From: Novakomyces olei
Taxonomy: Eukaryota
Length of the DNA: 64,000 nucleotides
Assembly: GCA_016906335.1 (NCBI GenBank)
Contig: JADEYG010000007.1
Coordinates: 1,922,001-1,986,000 of the forward strand
Direction: 5' to 3'
The position numbers and the translations under genes are program-made. Positions 48,605 through 60,738 of the stretch are shown here, piece by piece (the first letter of the stretch is position 1; each line of letters begins with the position of its first letter). The notes under the pieces were generated by a model. It made no database searches and was not told the DNA's origin. It was given only the letters and a program-made list of their open reading frames with translations.

Positions 48605-49152
48605 AAAATGTGTCTCTGGTATTTGTGGTATATTCATAGTAAGCGCGGTCTGTGTAATATGTTGGCTATAACATACTGCATAGCTGCGATTATTATTGGC
48701 GACAAAAAAATTCCCAGGCTTTTGTATGGCAAAGCTTAAATATAGATCTATAGTGCAATGATTAGGAAGCTGGGTCCTTGGACTTATAGCAATTCATACA
48801 ATGAGTATGAGCTAGACTGAAATATGTACTTGCATTATTAAATGCAAAAAGCTGAAATAACCTTTTTCTTGAACCTCGATTTCCATTCGGTTACCTAATA
48901 AGAATTCGGCTTTTGTTTAATTTCATCGTCGGGAGATTGATGGCTTTGCGGGACGCGTTAGCCGAGATCTCGATTAATACTCGTAAAGGAGCGAATATTG
49001 AAAAAAAAAGGGGTACGATAGTAGGAAAACGATAAGAAATACCAGGCAGTAGGCTTTTATAGGAGAACACTATTATAAGAATAAATGAATAAATGAATAA
49101 ATGAATATTATATACAAAAAAAGCACGTTAAACAGCGCCGGCATATCGGCGA

Positions 49153-51397
49153 ATGGCTTTACTACGGCGGTATTCCCGGCGATGGTACCGTATTGTGCTT
49201 GTTTGTTTGCCGCTGGCGGCACTTTATATGCTTCTTTTCCATGATTCATTCGAATGGTCTGGCTGCTGCGACGAGTACTTTAGCAATGTAACTTCAGGCA
49301 CGATAATGCGTCTACCTAATGTAGGCCGTTTTGGAGATCCCAGCGTACCACGCGACCCTCAAGCCCTGAAAAAGTATCTTTCCGACAGGGAAGATTCTCA
49401 CGGATTGAGAGTGCTGGAACTTTCACAGCCGGACGATAATCCGCCCTGGCTGGATGCTTGGATTGCGTATGGACTGATACCGCGTCGTATTGAAAAGTCC
49501 TACGACATCGACGTTGTTATGGCGTAAGTCTTGATTTTTAATTCGACAATTGTGCTCATGAAAAGTTGGATAAACGGATCGGATCCGTTGCACGAAAAAT
49601 TCCGGAACCATTTCCAGCAGTTCTCACCTGTTTTCAGTAACAATCGCAAGGATAAGGTGGAGAAGACACAGAAACGTGACAGGTAGAGTCTTTGTTGCTT
49701 CACGATCCTCTTTTCTTTCCCCCATTATTTCGATTAATTTTACTCCGATTAATTTCACGTCCCCATTTTTTGGGTTGCCTGCGAAATAGCTTCAACGCCA
49801 TTGAACTTGAGGCAAACCAGATCTAATTTCCACACTAATTTCGTGACTGTTCCCGATACTAACGTTTAGGGAACACGATGAGCTACGTTACTCTTTACGC
49901 GCAGTTTACCAGAATATTCAAGGCATTTCCTGTGTTCAGCTGGCAGCGTCTGATTATCCTGGTGACGATGGTGTTCACCAAGGTCTTGTGCCCTCCTGGC
50001 TCAACTTGTCGGCGCTGGCGCATATAGAACCCGAATTACGCGTGGAATATTTGGGCGATTTTTTCACAAACACGTCCCTGCTCCCAACGTTTGATTCGCG
50101 GTCGATAGAGTCACAATTTCACAGTTTACCTACCTGCAAAACCGATGTCTTTCTGTACTTGAATGACGATATGTTTATAGCACAGCCACATTCAGCAGCT
50201 GATTTCTATGATCCGTTGGGTGGACTCAAGTTCTTTTTGGATGAAAATACACTAGTGCATGATGGACGTGATCAAGTCCGTGAGAACGATTGGAACTCAG
50301 AATGGCCTTCGCTCGAGTTTACAAATTCACTGCTTAGCGAGCGCTTTGGGTCCCGGCTTCGCCATTATTTGCTACACTTTGGCCGGGCTATGTCCCACCG
50401 GATTCTCAAGGAATTGCACGAGGACGAAGTGTTTAGGCTATACATTGACCGCACTAGCACTAGTCGTTTTCGAGGCGAAAACATGGACGTAAACATTGGC
50501 CATTTGCATCATCAATACGTTGTGGAAATGCACAGGCTCACACTGCTTTGGTCCCTGATAAGCGCACGGGCTGACGGGGATGGAGACGGCGTCCTTGATT
50601 TTGCAGAGCGAAAAGCTCTTCAAAAGTATATTGGTACAAACGAGCACCATGAGAATATTCGTAACTCTTCACGGACTCTGTTTGAAGGCTACAAAGCTCT
50701 TGGAATCCCGCCGCCTAAAGCCTGTCATATTTCGTGGAGCTCGATGGATGGAACGCCTTTCCAGTTGCACAGACGCTTTGCCACAATCTCAGAGGATGAA
50801 CGCAATGATTACTTTCATACTTCGGACACGCCGGCCTCGCGGTACTGTACTATGCAGGGCTGTGTGCCCCCTTCGTGGGAAGATCCTTCCTTTCATATGA
50901 GCACGAGCCAAATATTAAAGCATTTTGCTTTCACTGAGCCCTCGTGCGGTGATTGTATCATCTCACACGTGATCACAAAACGTGAATCGGGATTGGATCC
51001 GTTCTTGCCGCCGGCTGCTCACCCGCTCAGGCCGCTCATAGTGGCTGCCCTTTACCGGTACACGTATACTGTAACTGCTTCCAGCGTCGAGTTTGTAAAG
51101 GCAACACGGCCTTTACGGACACGCAGGCTGCTGCAGCGGCTGAGGGACGATATGCCGGACCAGTTTTGTATCAACGATGATATTGTGGGCTCTAGCGAAA
51201 CGCAAATTGCAGAAGTAGATAGTCTTGTTCGACGGTTTTTTGAGGATACGTTTGGAGATCACAGCAGGGCAACTGGGCTGGAGAATGATGTGGGTGTGTT
51301 GGGAGAATCGCATTTGCCTATTAGCGTCATTCATCGCATCAACGAGGCGCGAGGAGCGGCTTCCTTGGGGGACGCCCCATGGAGTTATGCATTATAG
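49153..51397 (+). CDS. Stealth-family sugar-phosphotransferase (Cryptococcus Xpt1/GNPTAB-like), type II membrane protein, 3 exons
   Basis: CR1 DIDVVMA|WINGSDP, CR2 R|EHDELRYSLR...PSWL...PTFDSRSIE...FLYLNDDMF, CR3 STSRFRG, CR4 FCINDD. Introns 49524-49565 and 49683-49869. Confidence 0.85.
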
Positions 51398-51985
51398 ATA
51401 CCACCTCGTTGCAGTTTAATTTTTGGGGGGCTTTCATCATTTACATTTACATTTTTCCACATAAGCTTTCTTACATTTGACCTGTGCAATACTGCGATTG
51501 TTCAATTGTTATTTAGCTTTCTTGTGTTTACTACGCATCAACAGTATATTCACTTGGTGCATGTCTTTAGGAATAAAGTAGGCTTAATATATTTATTTTT
51601 TTGCAATAACCGCCCGCCCCTTGTCGTCAAGAAGCCTGCGCTATTGATCAGTTGGTCCTTGGACAAACCTAATTAAAATAAAAAGGAAATTGATGAATAA
51701 AGAGTCGGAAACATTATAAAAGTAATCATATTTACTTGTAGCAATCTACGTGTTTCCAGCGTTTGTAGAGGCACAGAGCACATACTCGCCCGCACCGAAC
51801 CAAGCAGGAGTTCACTCTAGCCGCGTTCAAAAAGCGAGTGATATTGTAAAGAATCACCCACCCTGTTGCACGGCAGTATACAGTACATCTATGGCCATCA
51901 AAAAAAAGGAGCAAAAAATAAAAATGTGCATTATTCCGCTACATGACCTCCATATGAACGAACCGGAACGATACGCCTATAGCGC

Positions 51986-52285
51986 TTATGCAGAAGGTGC
52001 AGGATTCATCTAGACAGGTTAGATCAGACGTTCCAAAACCCAAATCAATACCCGGCGCTTGCCGTTGAAGGACGTGACATTCACGAAACGGCGTGTGTAC
52101 AGAATACGCTTCCACGCACGGCCCTTGGGCTTCTTGTGAGCGCGCTCTTGTTTCTCGACTTTTGGAGTTTGTGATTTGACTTTGCCGGCACGAGCCAGCG
52201 AACCGTGAACTGTCGCATATTAGTTTACTGCCCCGCTAGTTTACTGTGCCTATTGGCCTTATTGCTCTGCCTACCTTTTCCCATT
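51986..52285 (-). CDS. RPS30: 40S ribosomal protein S30 (eS30), 3 exons, missed by the ORF track
   Basis: [63 protein letters not shown]. Confidence 0.95.
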
Positions 52286-52346
52286 GCTGTGGCTGACGAT
52301 TTGTAAGGCTGCAATGTGTATTGCGCGGACAAAAGCAAGAATATAC

Positions 52347-52512
52347 GGTGACTGCTTAGGGTAGGGTTGGAACATTGTGTTAGTATAGACGTTATAATAC
52401 TGTATATACGTAATATTATTGTATGGACGTATAGTGTACTGCAAGTTTTGCGTATCATACACACAATTACATGAGGTTAATATTAGAGCAGAGGCAGGGT
52501 TAGGGTAGGGTT
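52347..52512. promoter_or_regulatory. Bidirectional RPS30/RPL33 promoter with one Homol-D-like and two Homol-E boxes
   Basis: GGTGACTG at 52347-52354, TTAGGGTAGGGT at 52356-52367, AGGGTTAGGGTAGGGTT at 52496-52512. Confidence 0.75.
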
Positions 52513-52597
52513 AATGGGACGGCTATCGACATACTGTACACAGCACACAACAAACAGACTCGTACGGCACACTACAACCACAATAAACACCGGCACA

Positions 52598-52966
52598 ATG
52601 GGCAGCCATCGGCTTTACGTGAAGGGGGTACATGTTTCTTACAAGCGGGGAAAGCGCGCTACGCACCCTACGCGGTCGCTTTTGAAGCTGGAAGGCGTTG
52701 ATTCGCGCGAGGAATCCGAGTTTTATCTCGGCAAGAAGGCGGTATACGTTTACCGTGCACACACGCCGGCAGCCAATGGCTCCCGTGTACGCTGCATTTG
52801 GGGCAAAGTCGTAAAGTCGCACGGCAACTCGGGCGTTGTTGAAGCGCGCTTCAAGCACAACCTGCCACCGCAGTCGTTTGGCGCTAAAGTGCGAGTGGTA
52901 AGTTATTGGCACTCTAGTACAACATGGCTAACAGCAACGCAGATGCTCTACCCATCCAACATTTAA
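52598..52966 (+). CDS. RPL33: 60S ribosomal protein L33/L35A (eL33), 2 exons
   Basis: MGSHRLYVKG...FYLGKK...IWGKVVKSHGNSGVVEARF..NLPPQSFGAKVRV|MLYPSNI*; intron 52898-52942. Confidence 0.96.
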   Translation: MGSHRLYVKGVHVSYKRGKRATHPTRSLLKLEGVDSREESEFYLGKKAVYVYRAHTPAANGSRVRCIWGKVVKSHGNSGVVEARFKHNLPPQSFGAKVRVVSYWHSSTTWLTATQMLYPSNI

Positions 52967-53565
52967 ATATCAGACAGAAATGCATTTGGAAATACATGAA
53001 AATTGTGCAAGCTCTTCATCATTGTAATGTACTTGTCGCCAGTGGGACCTCACAGAGCCGGGTGCGGTCGGCGCGTGTGGTAAAGGCGGATTTACGTCTA
53101 TAGACTGTAGTATACACCGTACACGACCAATCGTTGATCCAGTTGTAGGCGCTTTTTGGGTCAGAATAAATTACTTGGCCGTAATTGCCATCGTACCGTC
53201 TAATCGAATGCCGCTCTTGGCTCGATTGCTTTGCCCACACGCTCCGTACAGCGTAGTATGTGCCTAAATATCGAGTATACTCGACAAGAATATATTCAGA
53301 ATTCCTTTTATTCTGTCATGAAGTACAGATTGGATTCTGCCGTATTATAAATAAATAAATATTTAATTGATTAATTATTTATCTATTTAGTTATCTATTT
53401 ATTTATTTAATGAACTCTATTGTTTATAATTGCCGTAAATCATATCACACGGCAGTCGATTCTCACAATATACGAGACCAGCACAAAATTTCGAATTGCC
53501 GATAGAATTGATTTGATATTAGACTAAGATAACTCTATGAAACTCGTCCGCGCAGCTGTCAAATA

Positions 53566-56328
53566 CTATGAAGGCGATGGCAGATCTGTGGCTTCTACTG
53601 TCTTGAACGTGTAAGTAGTGCTATGGTTCATCTCTGCAATCAATTGTGCACCAACGAACGGCTCCAGCTCTGTTCCGTCGCGTGAGATTTTGACTTCTCG
53701 GCCCTCGTTCCAACGGTTGCGAAGGGAACGAGTACGAGAAAATGGAAGCGTTACAACACTGATCCACTCTACCTTAAACGGCTGCGACCAAATTACGCCA
53801 GTGGTTGCCGTCTGCGAAGGGTTTGCCGACAAGGCAGAGTCCGATGGTTTATCTTGTGCCTCAGTCAAGGAGCTTACTGGCTCAAGGCTCTCCCAATAAA
53901 TAATATCACGCTCAGTGTCAGTAATGACTCGGCCTCGTGGACAGTTTGGTGTAGCGGGAGTCTCAATGATGTTGGGCAGACGGGTCTTGACGCCTTTTGC
54001 GCAAAATGTGGATTCTACTTCCTGCTTGACTTGGTCATCGTTTTTCTCCTCTTTGTTTGCAGGCTTTTCTCCCCCAATTGGACCAGACATGCGCGCGTAT
54101 CCATAAAAATGCCCGCTTTTATTTACGGAAAAGATAAGGTATACGTTATCGCTTTTGTGGTATGCATCGTTCAGAATGGCTTCGTTGTGCTTTTGCGTCA
54201 TCCAGTACCCTGTTCGCACACAAGTGTCCAAGTCTTCAACGGACAAGGATTTGAGGATAAAGAAACGGGTCTTGTAGTTACCGGGCTGCGCTGAACTAGG
54301 CCGGGGTTTTGTTACTGTTCCGGATGCAGAAGAATTGCTTGACTGGTCTTTGTTGCTGGAACGACGCAGTCTGCAGATGAGCACGGTATCACCGAATCCT
54401 AGATGTGAGCATTGGTTATGGAAGACAGCAATTATAGGAAGTTGGAATTGGTCTAATCGAGACTACTCGGGTACGTTCTATGCGCTCTCGAATAAACAAA
54501 TCGACGACACAATACAAAATGATACAAATAAATAAATGAAAAATAAAACAAATAATAGAAAAATAAACAAATGAAATGCGTTATGTGTTGAAAACAATCA
54601 TCGAGACGTACTTGAATTATTTTTCGCCCGTAGTGCCCAAGCTGCACTAGACTCTGTGCGGAAATTGATAAAGGCACAATTTGTTTTATTCATAAGAAAG
54701 ACGCTTTCCATGTCGGGACGGGCAAATAAGTTTTTAATCTCGACCGGATCAGCATTTGCCGGGATGTTTCCGACCCACAAAGTATGCTCTGTTTGCTTTG
54801 GTTTCAATGGCGGCCCGCGAGCAAAACAATTGTCCGGATTTGCCTCGTTTTTTTTCTGAGCCCATGGATCTCCGGCTGTTGAAAGTTTGGCTCCCGTAGC
54901 CGGAGAAGTTGCCGTATTGTTTGCTGATGTCGTTGGAATGAGAATTGTCGACGGACGGCAGACTGTGCTTTGCTTGCCTCTCTTTTGCAAATAAAATTGT
55001 TGCTGTGAGCTTGCCCCTCCGCGGCTATTACTACTGCTATTGCTGTTGTTGGCATTAATTCTATTGCCGTTAAATCCGTTGATTTTTGGTTTGGGAGTTA
55101 CAGCCGCGGCTGCTGCCGATGGAATCGGAACAAAAGCCGGATTTAGTTGAGCCATATCGAAAGGGTACCATCTTGCTGCTGAGTTATAAAATGTCGTTTT
55201 GTCATACGGCTGCACTGCTGTATTGTGAGGCAGAGGTTGAGGGATTTGAGCAATATCGTGATGGTGATGGTGCATTTCATTTATGGCTGCGGCTGCTGCG
55301 GCTGCTGCCGCGGCAGCCGGAGTTCCGTATTGACAGGGCATAAAGAATTGGTAAGGGTAGTGCTGCATATAAAATCCAGGTCCAAATGACTGCATGTATG
55401 GTGCAGGATAGACCGACTGTGTGACAGCACTTGGTTCTTCAGCTACTCTGTACGTCTGCGATGTGCTGCTACCGGAATTCTGCGAAATATGATGAATAAT
55501 AGGGTAAGCTGTTCCGTTTGTAATCGCTTTTATTTCTTCGCTGCTCTGAATACCATCTGCCTTTTCGATCAACTGCTCTTGCTCCTGATTTGTGGGCTGC
55601 TGGGCTGCACTTGGGTCCTGCACTTGCCCACCTTGGGTTAGCTGGTAATGATCTTGCTGGACACTGTTTTGCTTGGTCTCTGGCTTTTCAGTTTCGTCTG
55701 GCTGGTATGTCCTTTTCGGCGGCGTCTCGTTCTTTGGCCCATCCAATTCGCAAGTCTTGCTCTGCTCAATTGTATCAGCAAGGCTTTTATCATGGAATTT
55801 CGCATGATCGTCGCATAATGGGGTTTTATACTGAAACTTGCTACTCAAAGAAGGTTCAGTTACAGACTCTTTGCGTTGAATACAACTCGTGGCGTCAGTG
55901 TCGGACTTGTTTTTGGTATCAATTATCCGTAACTTTTCTGAGTCTTGGTTTTTTTTCCGAGCGTCTACTGCAACACTAGAAAATGCCTTTGTGACTTGGC
56001 CTCTAACTAAGCCATTGGGTGCTGGAGCATTCGTGTGTCCAGCATCTGGAAAGTTTGCTGTCATTTCGGCAATGGCTCCTTCCCCTGATACTGTTTTAGT
56101 ACAATCTTTGAACAATCGGCCTTTTCCTTACTCTGTGCCTTTTTACAAATCCCTTTAGCGTCGTTGGTCTTTGCTGGGTCTTGCAGCTTTGCGGCTTTTA
56201 CGCATTTCTCTTTGCTGGTCTGTTCCGTTAGGCGATTAGAGCAGTATTGCATTCTGGCTTACCTCTAGTATTGTAGGATACAAATTAGTGTCTGCGCTTT
56301 GCGTTCGTCTCAATGGCTCTGCGCTCAT
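53566..56328 (-). CDS. RRM + YTH domain RNA-binding protein (YTHDC1/YT521-B-like), probably 4 exons
   Basis: Low-complexity N-terminus, RRM (TLWVGNIP..TNCAFINF..S|RFGDTVLICRLRR), YTH (RFFILKS..GYWMTQKHNE..VYLIFSVNKSGHFYGYARM..PFKVEW..NEGREVKISRDGTELEP). The 5' exons are less certain. Confidence 0.85.
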
Positions 56329-59081
56329 CGCCTTCTGGCACAAGAACCGAAGGAGTAGCGTGGAAATGGAAGAGTGAAAAGGTCGAAGGTGAATTAAAAT
56401 AAAACGTAATAACAACAGACAGGAAATGAAAAGGCAAATATCTTGTGAAATATTACACACGACAAACGGAATTGAAGTCGGACAAGATCAGAAAATTCGA
56501 AGATTCTCGTGAGCTTTGATGGGTGAATAACAACTGTTAAATAACGAAAATTGAATTTTAATATGCTGGACTATGTCTTTGTCCAGGGGTGCGTGAGGAA
56601 TTATTGTGGGCGTGTGCCTATCTGATTGCTGTATATATCTGCGTGTATTGTTGTTTATGTCGGCAGCTTCTTGTGACCACGCGCCCTTCTTGATTTTGTT
56701 CGCGCAAGGCAGAAAAACGATGGAGTGCAGCTGACGTGGCTAGACTCCAGATTGTCGCGATTTAGAAAAAAAAACCAGGGAAGAGAAAGAGAAAGATTTG
56801 TAAACTCAGCAACTGTGGTTGGAATACTGCACCGTTTCTTGCTTTTGCTGTTCGCTATTGCAAGTGGGAGACATTAAATTTCGGAACAGCGCTTAAACAA
56901 CTGTATCCCGAGTTACACACTTTTTTCTCCTTCGTGTTAATGGTAATATCTTTGGAATCTCTTAACCCTTCCCTAATGGATGCTTTGGCGGGGCGCACAG
57001 CCAAGTATTCTGAGACATTTGTTCTGGTGATTTTGGATCGCGAACCAATTAATTTGAACTGTTAATTGGGTTTTGGTTAATTTATGTATTACTGTCCTGT
57101 CGGTTGCTAGTATTGCTTTTACTCTTACTACTACTATCGTTAGTAGTATTGTTATCGATTTGTTTTATTTTTATTCGGTTGTTTCAATTTAGCATTTGTT
57201 TTGTGACGGATTGGTTCGACTCTAGTTGTTTTATTTTATCATTAATTCGTCATGTTCGATTTTATTTTATGCCTGGTCATTTGGTCATGGACACTTTCTT
57301 TTCCGCTTTTCTTTCACATTCCTTCACTTGGGCAAATCATCTTGTTAATTTTGTTCTCGTTGGCTCATGGGTGTATGGAATGTATAAGCAAATTATAAAA
57401 ACAGCAACCGCTAAACAGGAAGGCAGGTTGATGGGCATTGCGACCTTATTTACAATTTTCCGAGCCTGGGACAACAGGAACACGTATCAGCTGGATATTT
57501 TGACAAATCCTTTTAAATTGCATAACAATTTACGAGTGTTGCAAGTTTTCTCTTTTATTTCTTCTTCCATGGGAAAGTTTTGTTATATCGGAAAGAACCG
57601 TGCATAAGACTTAGCGTTGCCGACCTCCCGCTTTGGAAAGAGTGGCAGTATCGCTCGTGTGAGACTTGCATGAGTCTTTATTGACAATCTTTTCTGAGTA
57701 TGTTTTTCAACTTGGTGTAAGTTCCCTGTTTATCTTAGCTTGCCGTCAACCTTAAGATGAAGCTTTTCGCCACTGTATGGCCTTTGCCTCAATGATATTT
57801 GTTAATAATTGGAGCAAGGATCATTAATAATGTATGATTGATAACCATGTTTGCGTTCATTGAGTTAAAGCAACTTTTGCAGTCTTCAAATCAGTTCATA
57901 CAGGCTTCATTAATCGGAAGCGAAGCGTTTGCTTTCTACTTTTAATACTATAGAGGAATAAACTAATGTGTTTATTAAAGCATCGTATACCAACCTTTTT
58001 AGTAAACAAACTTATTTTAGGAACGTTCGCACGCGCTTTTCTGCCAATGAAGCAGAACACTCGCCGACACTACAAGATCATTCCAAGTCAATTGAATCTA
58101 GTCGGAATTAAAGCTTTCGTAGAGATGAAAAGGCACGATGGAACAAGTGCAGACGCTAATTTTCATAAGCCTACAAACCTAATCAACCAGAGTTCTTTTC
58201 TTCTTATACTTCCCAAAATGGCAGATGTCCCGCTGTCATAATTGTAGCGCATCAGCTTTGTGCAAAAACACGCACACATTCACAATGTATCAGAAACGCC
58301 CTTACTATAATGTCTGAGATTGCGTCATTTACATGCCTTAATTCACAGACTATAATTGCGGCGCGTCTCAATGTTTGAGGGACGGCCTGATCTTTTGTGT
58401 CTCCAGGAACAGTTTGGCTAATAAGTACAAATGTACGACATGTTGCAATCCTTAACACGTGAACAGGTTCAATTTGTGAGCGGATATCTATCGAAATGAC
58501 TCTTTGGTGAAGACGGCAGCTTGATTCATACTTTTAATAAATCTCCCTAGATCTTGCAACCTAAACATACATGAAATAGCTTCCAATAAAACGTCTGTTT
58601 TGATGGCAGTTATTTAAATTGATCGTAGAATCCGGAAATAAATGCTTTATTATCCATTGCCTATCGGGTTTACATGATCTGTAAGAAAACAGCACTTTCT
58701 GGCTTTGTTTGTATACAGAACAAAGTTTGGCAGTGCAAAGTCAGAAGTCACGGCTTGTGCACCTGCTTGTCGATTTCTTGTCAATTTCTTGTCAATTTCT
58801 TGTCCCAACTATTCCAAATATATCTGCTGCGTTAATGCCGCAAAATGCCAAACATACATTATATGCTTATTTATTTTATTGTACTGGCATATTTCTTTAT
58901 TTGCCCTGCAATAATACAGTCAGTACAAAATCGGTAGAAAGCGAACGATAAAAAATTGGAAAAAAGAAGTATAGGCGTGCATTTATATTAATAGAATACA
59001 ACTTCAAAAAATAATTTATATTAATTAATATTCGGTCGTCCTCACGGCAGCAGATCAAAACAGGTCTGATATACGGCAACA

Positions 59082-60218
59082 ATGCCGCGGACTGTAGTAC
59101 CGCGGTTTTCGCTTGCGCGCAAGGTAAGAATTCGATAGCAGCACCGTACTAACAGCCAGCTTATCCGCAATTCATGGAACAAGCAAAACTTATACAATTT
59201 GGCGACCAAAAAGTTATCACCAAACCCAAGATCTACCATGTTTCAACAAAAATGGCTAGGAAAGAAGGAATCCCGATCTTTTCACGGCGAACAGCTGCGA
59301 GAGAGGCAGCTTTATAATCAGCTAAATCTTAATTTGAGGCCGAGCTTTACTGGCACGACCCTTCACAAGGTACGAAAACAATGAGAGTTTGAGTTGCCGA
59401 AGAGACGGTTTCAAATATTCATGACAGCTGGAAACGTAAAGAATTGAAAGCTCAACAAGTTTGAAAATCCTAAAGTCGTCTTCAATATGCAAATATAGCC
59501 TGAAATCTAAATCTTGCGATAAGACTTGAATTATACACTTTTCTTTTATTTGATATCGACCTTTACTTCTCTCTAATTTAATTTAATTTAATTTAATTTA
59601 GTTTGATTCGATTCTAATGATATACATGATCTTGCTAATGCCCAGGATATACCCATATATTCGCTTACGTTTGCCTCACTTGAGCGACGGCTCGACATTG
59701 CAGTTTTCCGTGCGATGTTTGCCTCTTCTATATTCCAAGCGAGGCAAATGTGTATTCACGGTCGTGTCCGTGTGAACGGAGAAGTGGCAACACGGGCTTA
59801 TCGCGAGCTTCAGCCCGGAGATGTGTTTAGCGTGGACCCGGAGGCAGTTATGCAAGCTGTTTCTAAACCTCCGGGTAAGAAACCCGAAGGTGTGAAAAGG
59901 CACGATCTGGTAAAGCTAGGCCAGACTGGATTTACGCCTCGAGACTATATGGCTCCTTGGGCCTTTATCCCGGAATACTTGGAAGTGTCTCATCGGTCTT
60001 GTGCTGCTGTATACTTGCGGGATCCTATCGCTCGGCCGGGCAGATCGGAGATTCCTAGCCCGGTGAGCCCGGAATTACAGTCTAAAGCCTTTTTATACTA
60101 TATTCAAAGGCGATCAACACGACAGGGGTTTGCTAGGCGCCGGCACCGACGTCTCCCACTCAATTGGGGTTCTCAACACGAGCATGAGCCTCCTGTGCGG
60201 ATTGAAGTATTCGAATAA
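59082..60218 (+). CDS. NAM9: Mitochondrial ribosomal protein uS4m, 3 exons
   Basis: FSLARK|LIRNSWNKQNLYNL, MFQQKW..K..SRSFHGEQLRE, LERRLDIAVFRAMFASSIFQARQ, YLRDPIARPGRSEIPSP. Confidence 0.9.
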
Positions 60219-60738
60219 ACCGTTCAAATGAACTGGAAGCCTTTTGTTCAAGCAAGAAAAAAAGACCATAGAAGCGTTTTTAAAACTACCACTGTTAATT
60301 GACAACGTTTCCAAAATCACAACATTAGAAGAATTTTGGAGGCTGTTACTAGACCTCCAGCATTATCGCATTAATTTCTGGTCCATGAAAACAAGCAGCA
60401 GTCTGACGGGAATATATTTTATAGGAGTTTAAATTTGATAATAAGTCTTTGATAATAAGTCTTGAAAGGCGCCGTATAGTAGAACCGCGTGTACTTTGGA
60501 CGGAGAAAGTTTCAATTATCTGAGAAAAACAAAACCTAATAATAAAAGTTTTAATTCATATTGTTGTAGGAGTCGTGTAATTATTGCGGTAGCTATCATA
60601 CAATTATTCATTTATTATTCATTTATTATACTGCTTGTTTATTTATTATCGTTTATTCCCGTTATGTATTATTATTGATGCTCATTTATTTTGATGATCT
60701 AGTATCGAGAATCACAACAGGGCCCATGGACTAGGAAA

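Noticed and set aside
48757..48820. Possible C/D snoRNA (ATGATTA...CTGA)
   Set aside because: Imperfect C box and no convincing rRNA-complementary guide.
57104..57607. 167-aa hydrophobic ORF
   Set aside because: Non-ATG start, T-rich low-complexity origin and no recognisable motif.
58474..58486. TTGTGAGCGGATA resembling the lac operator
   Set aside because: Only 13 nt, with no other vector or lac sequence nearby; treated as chance.
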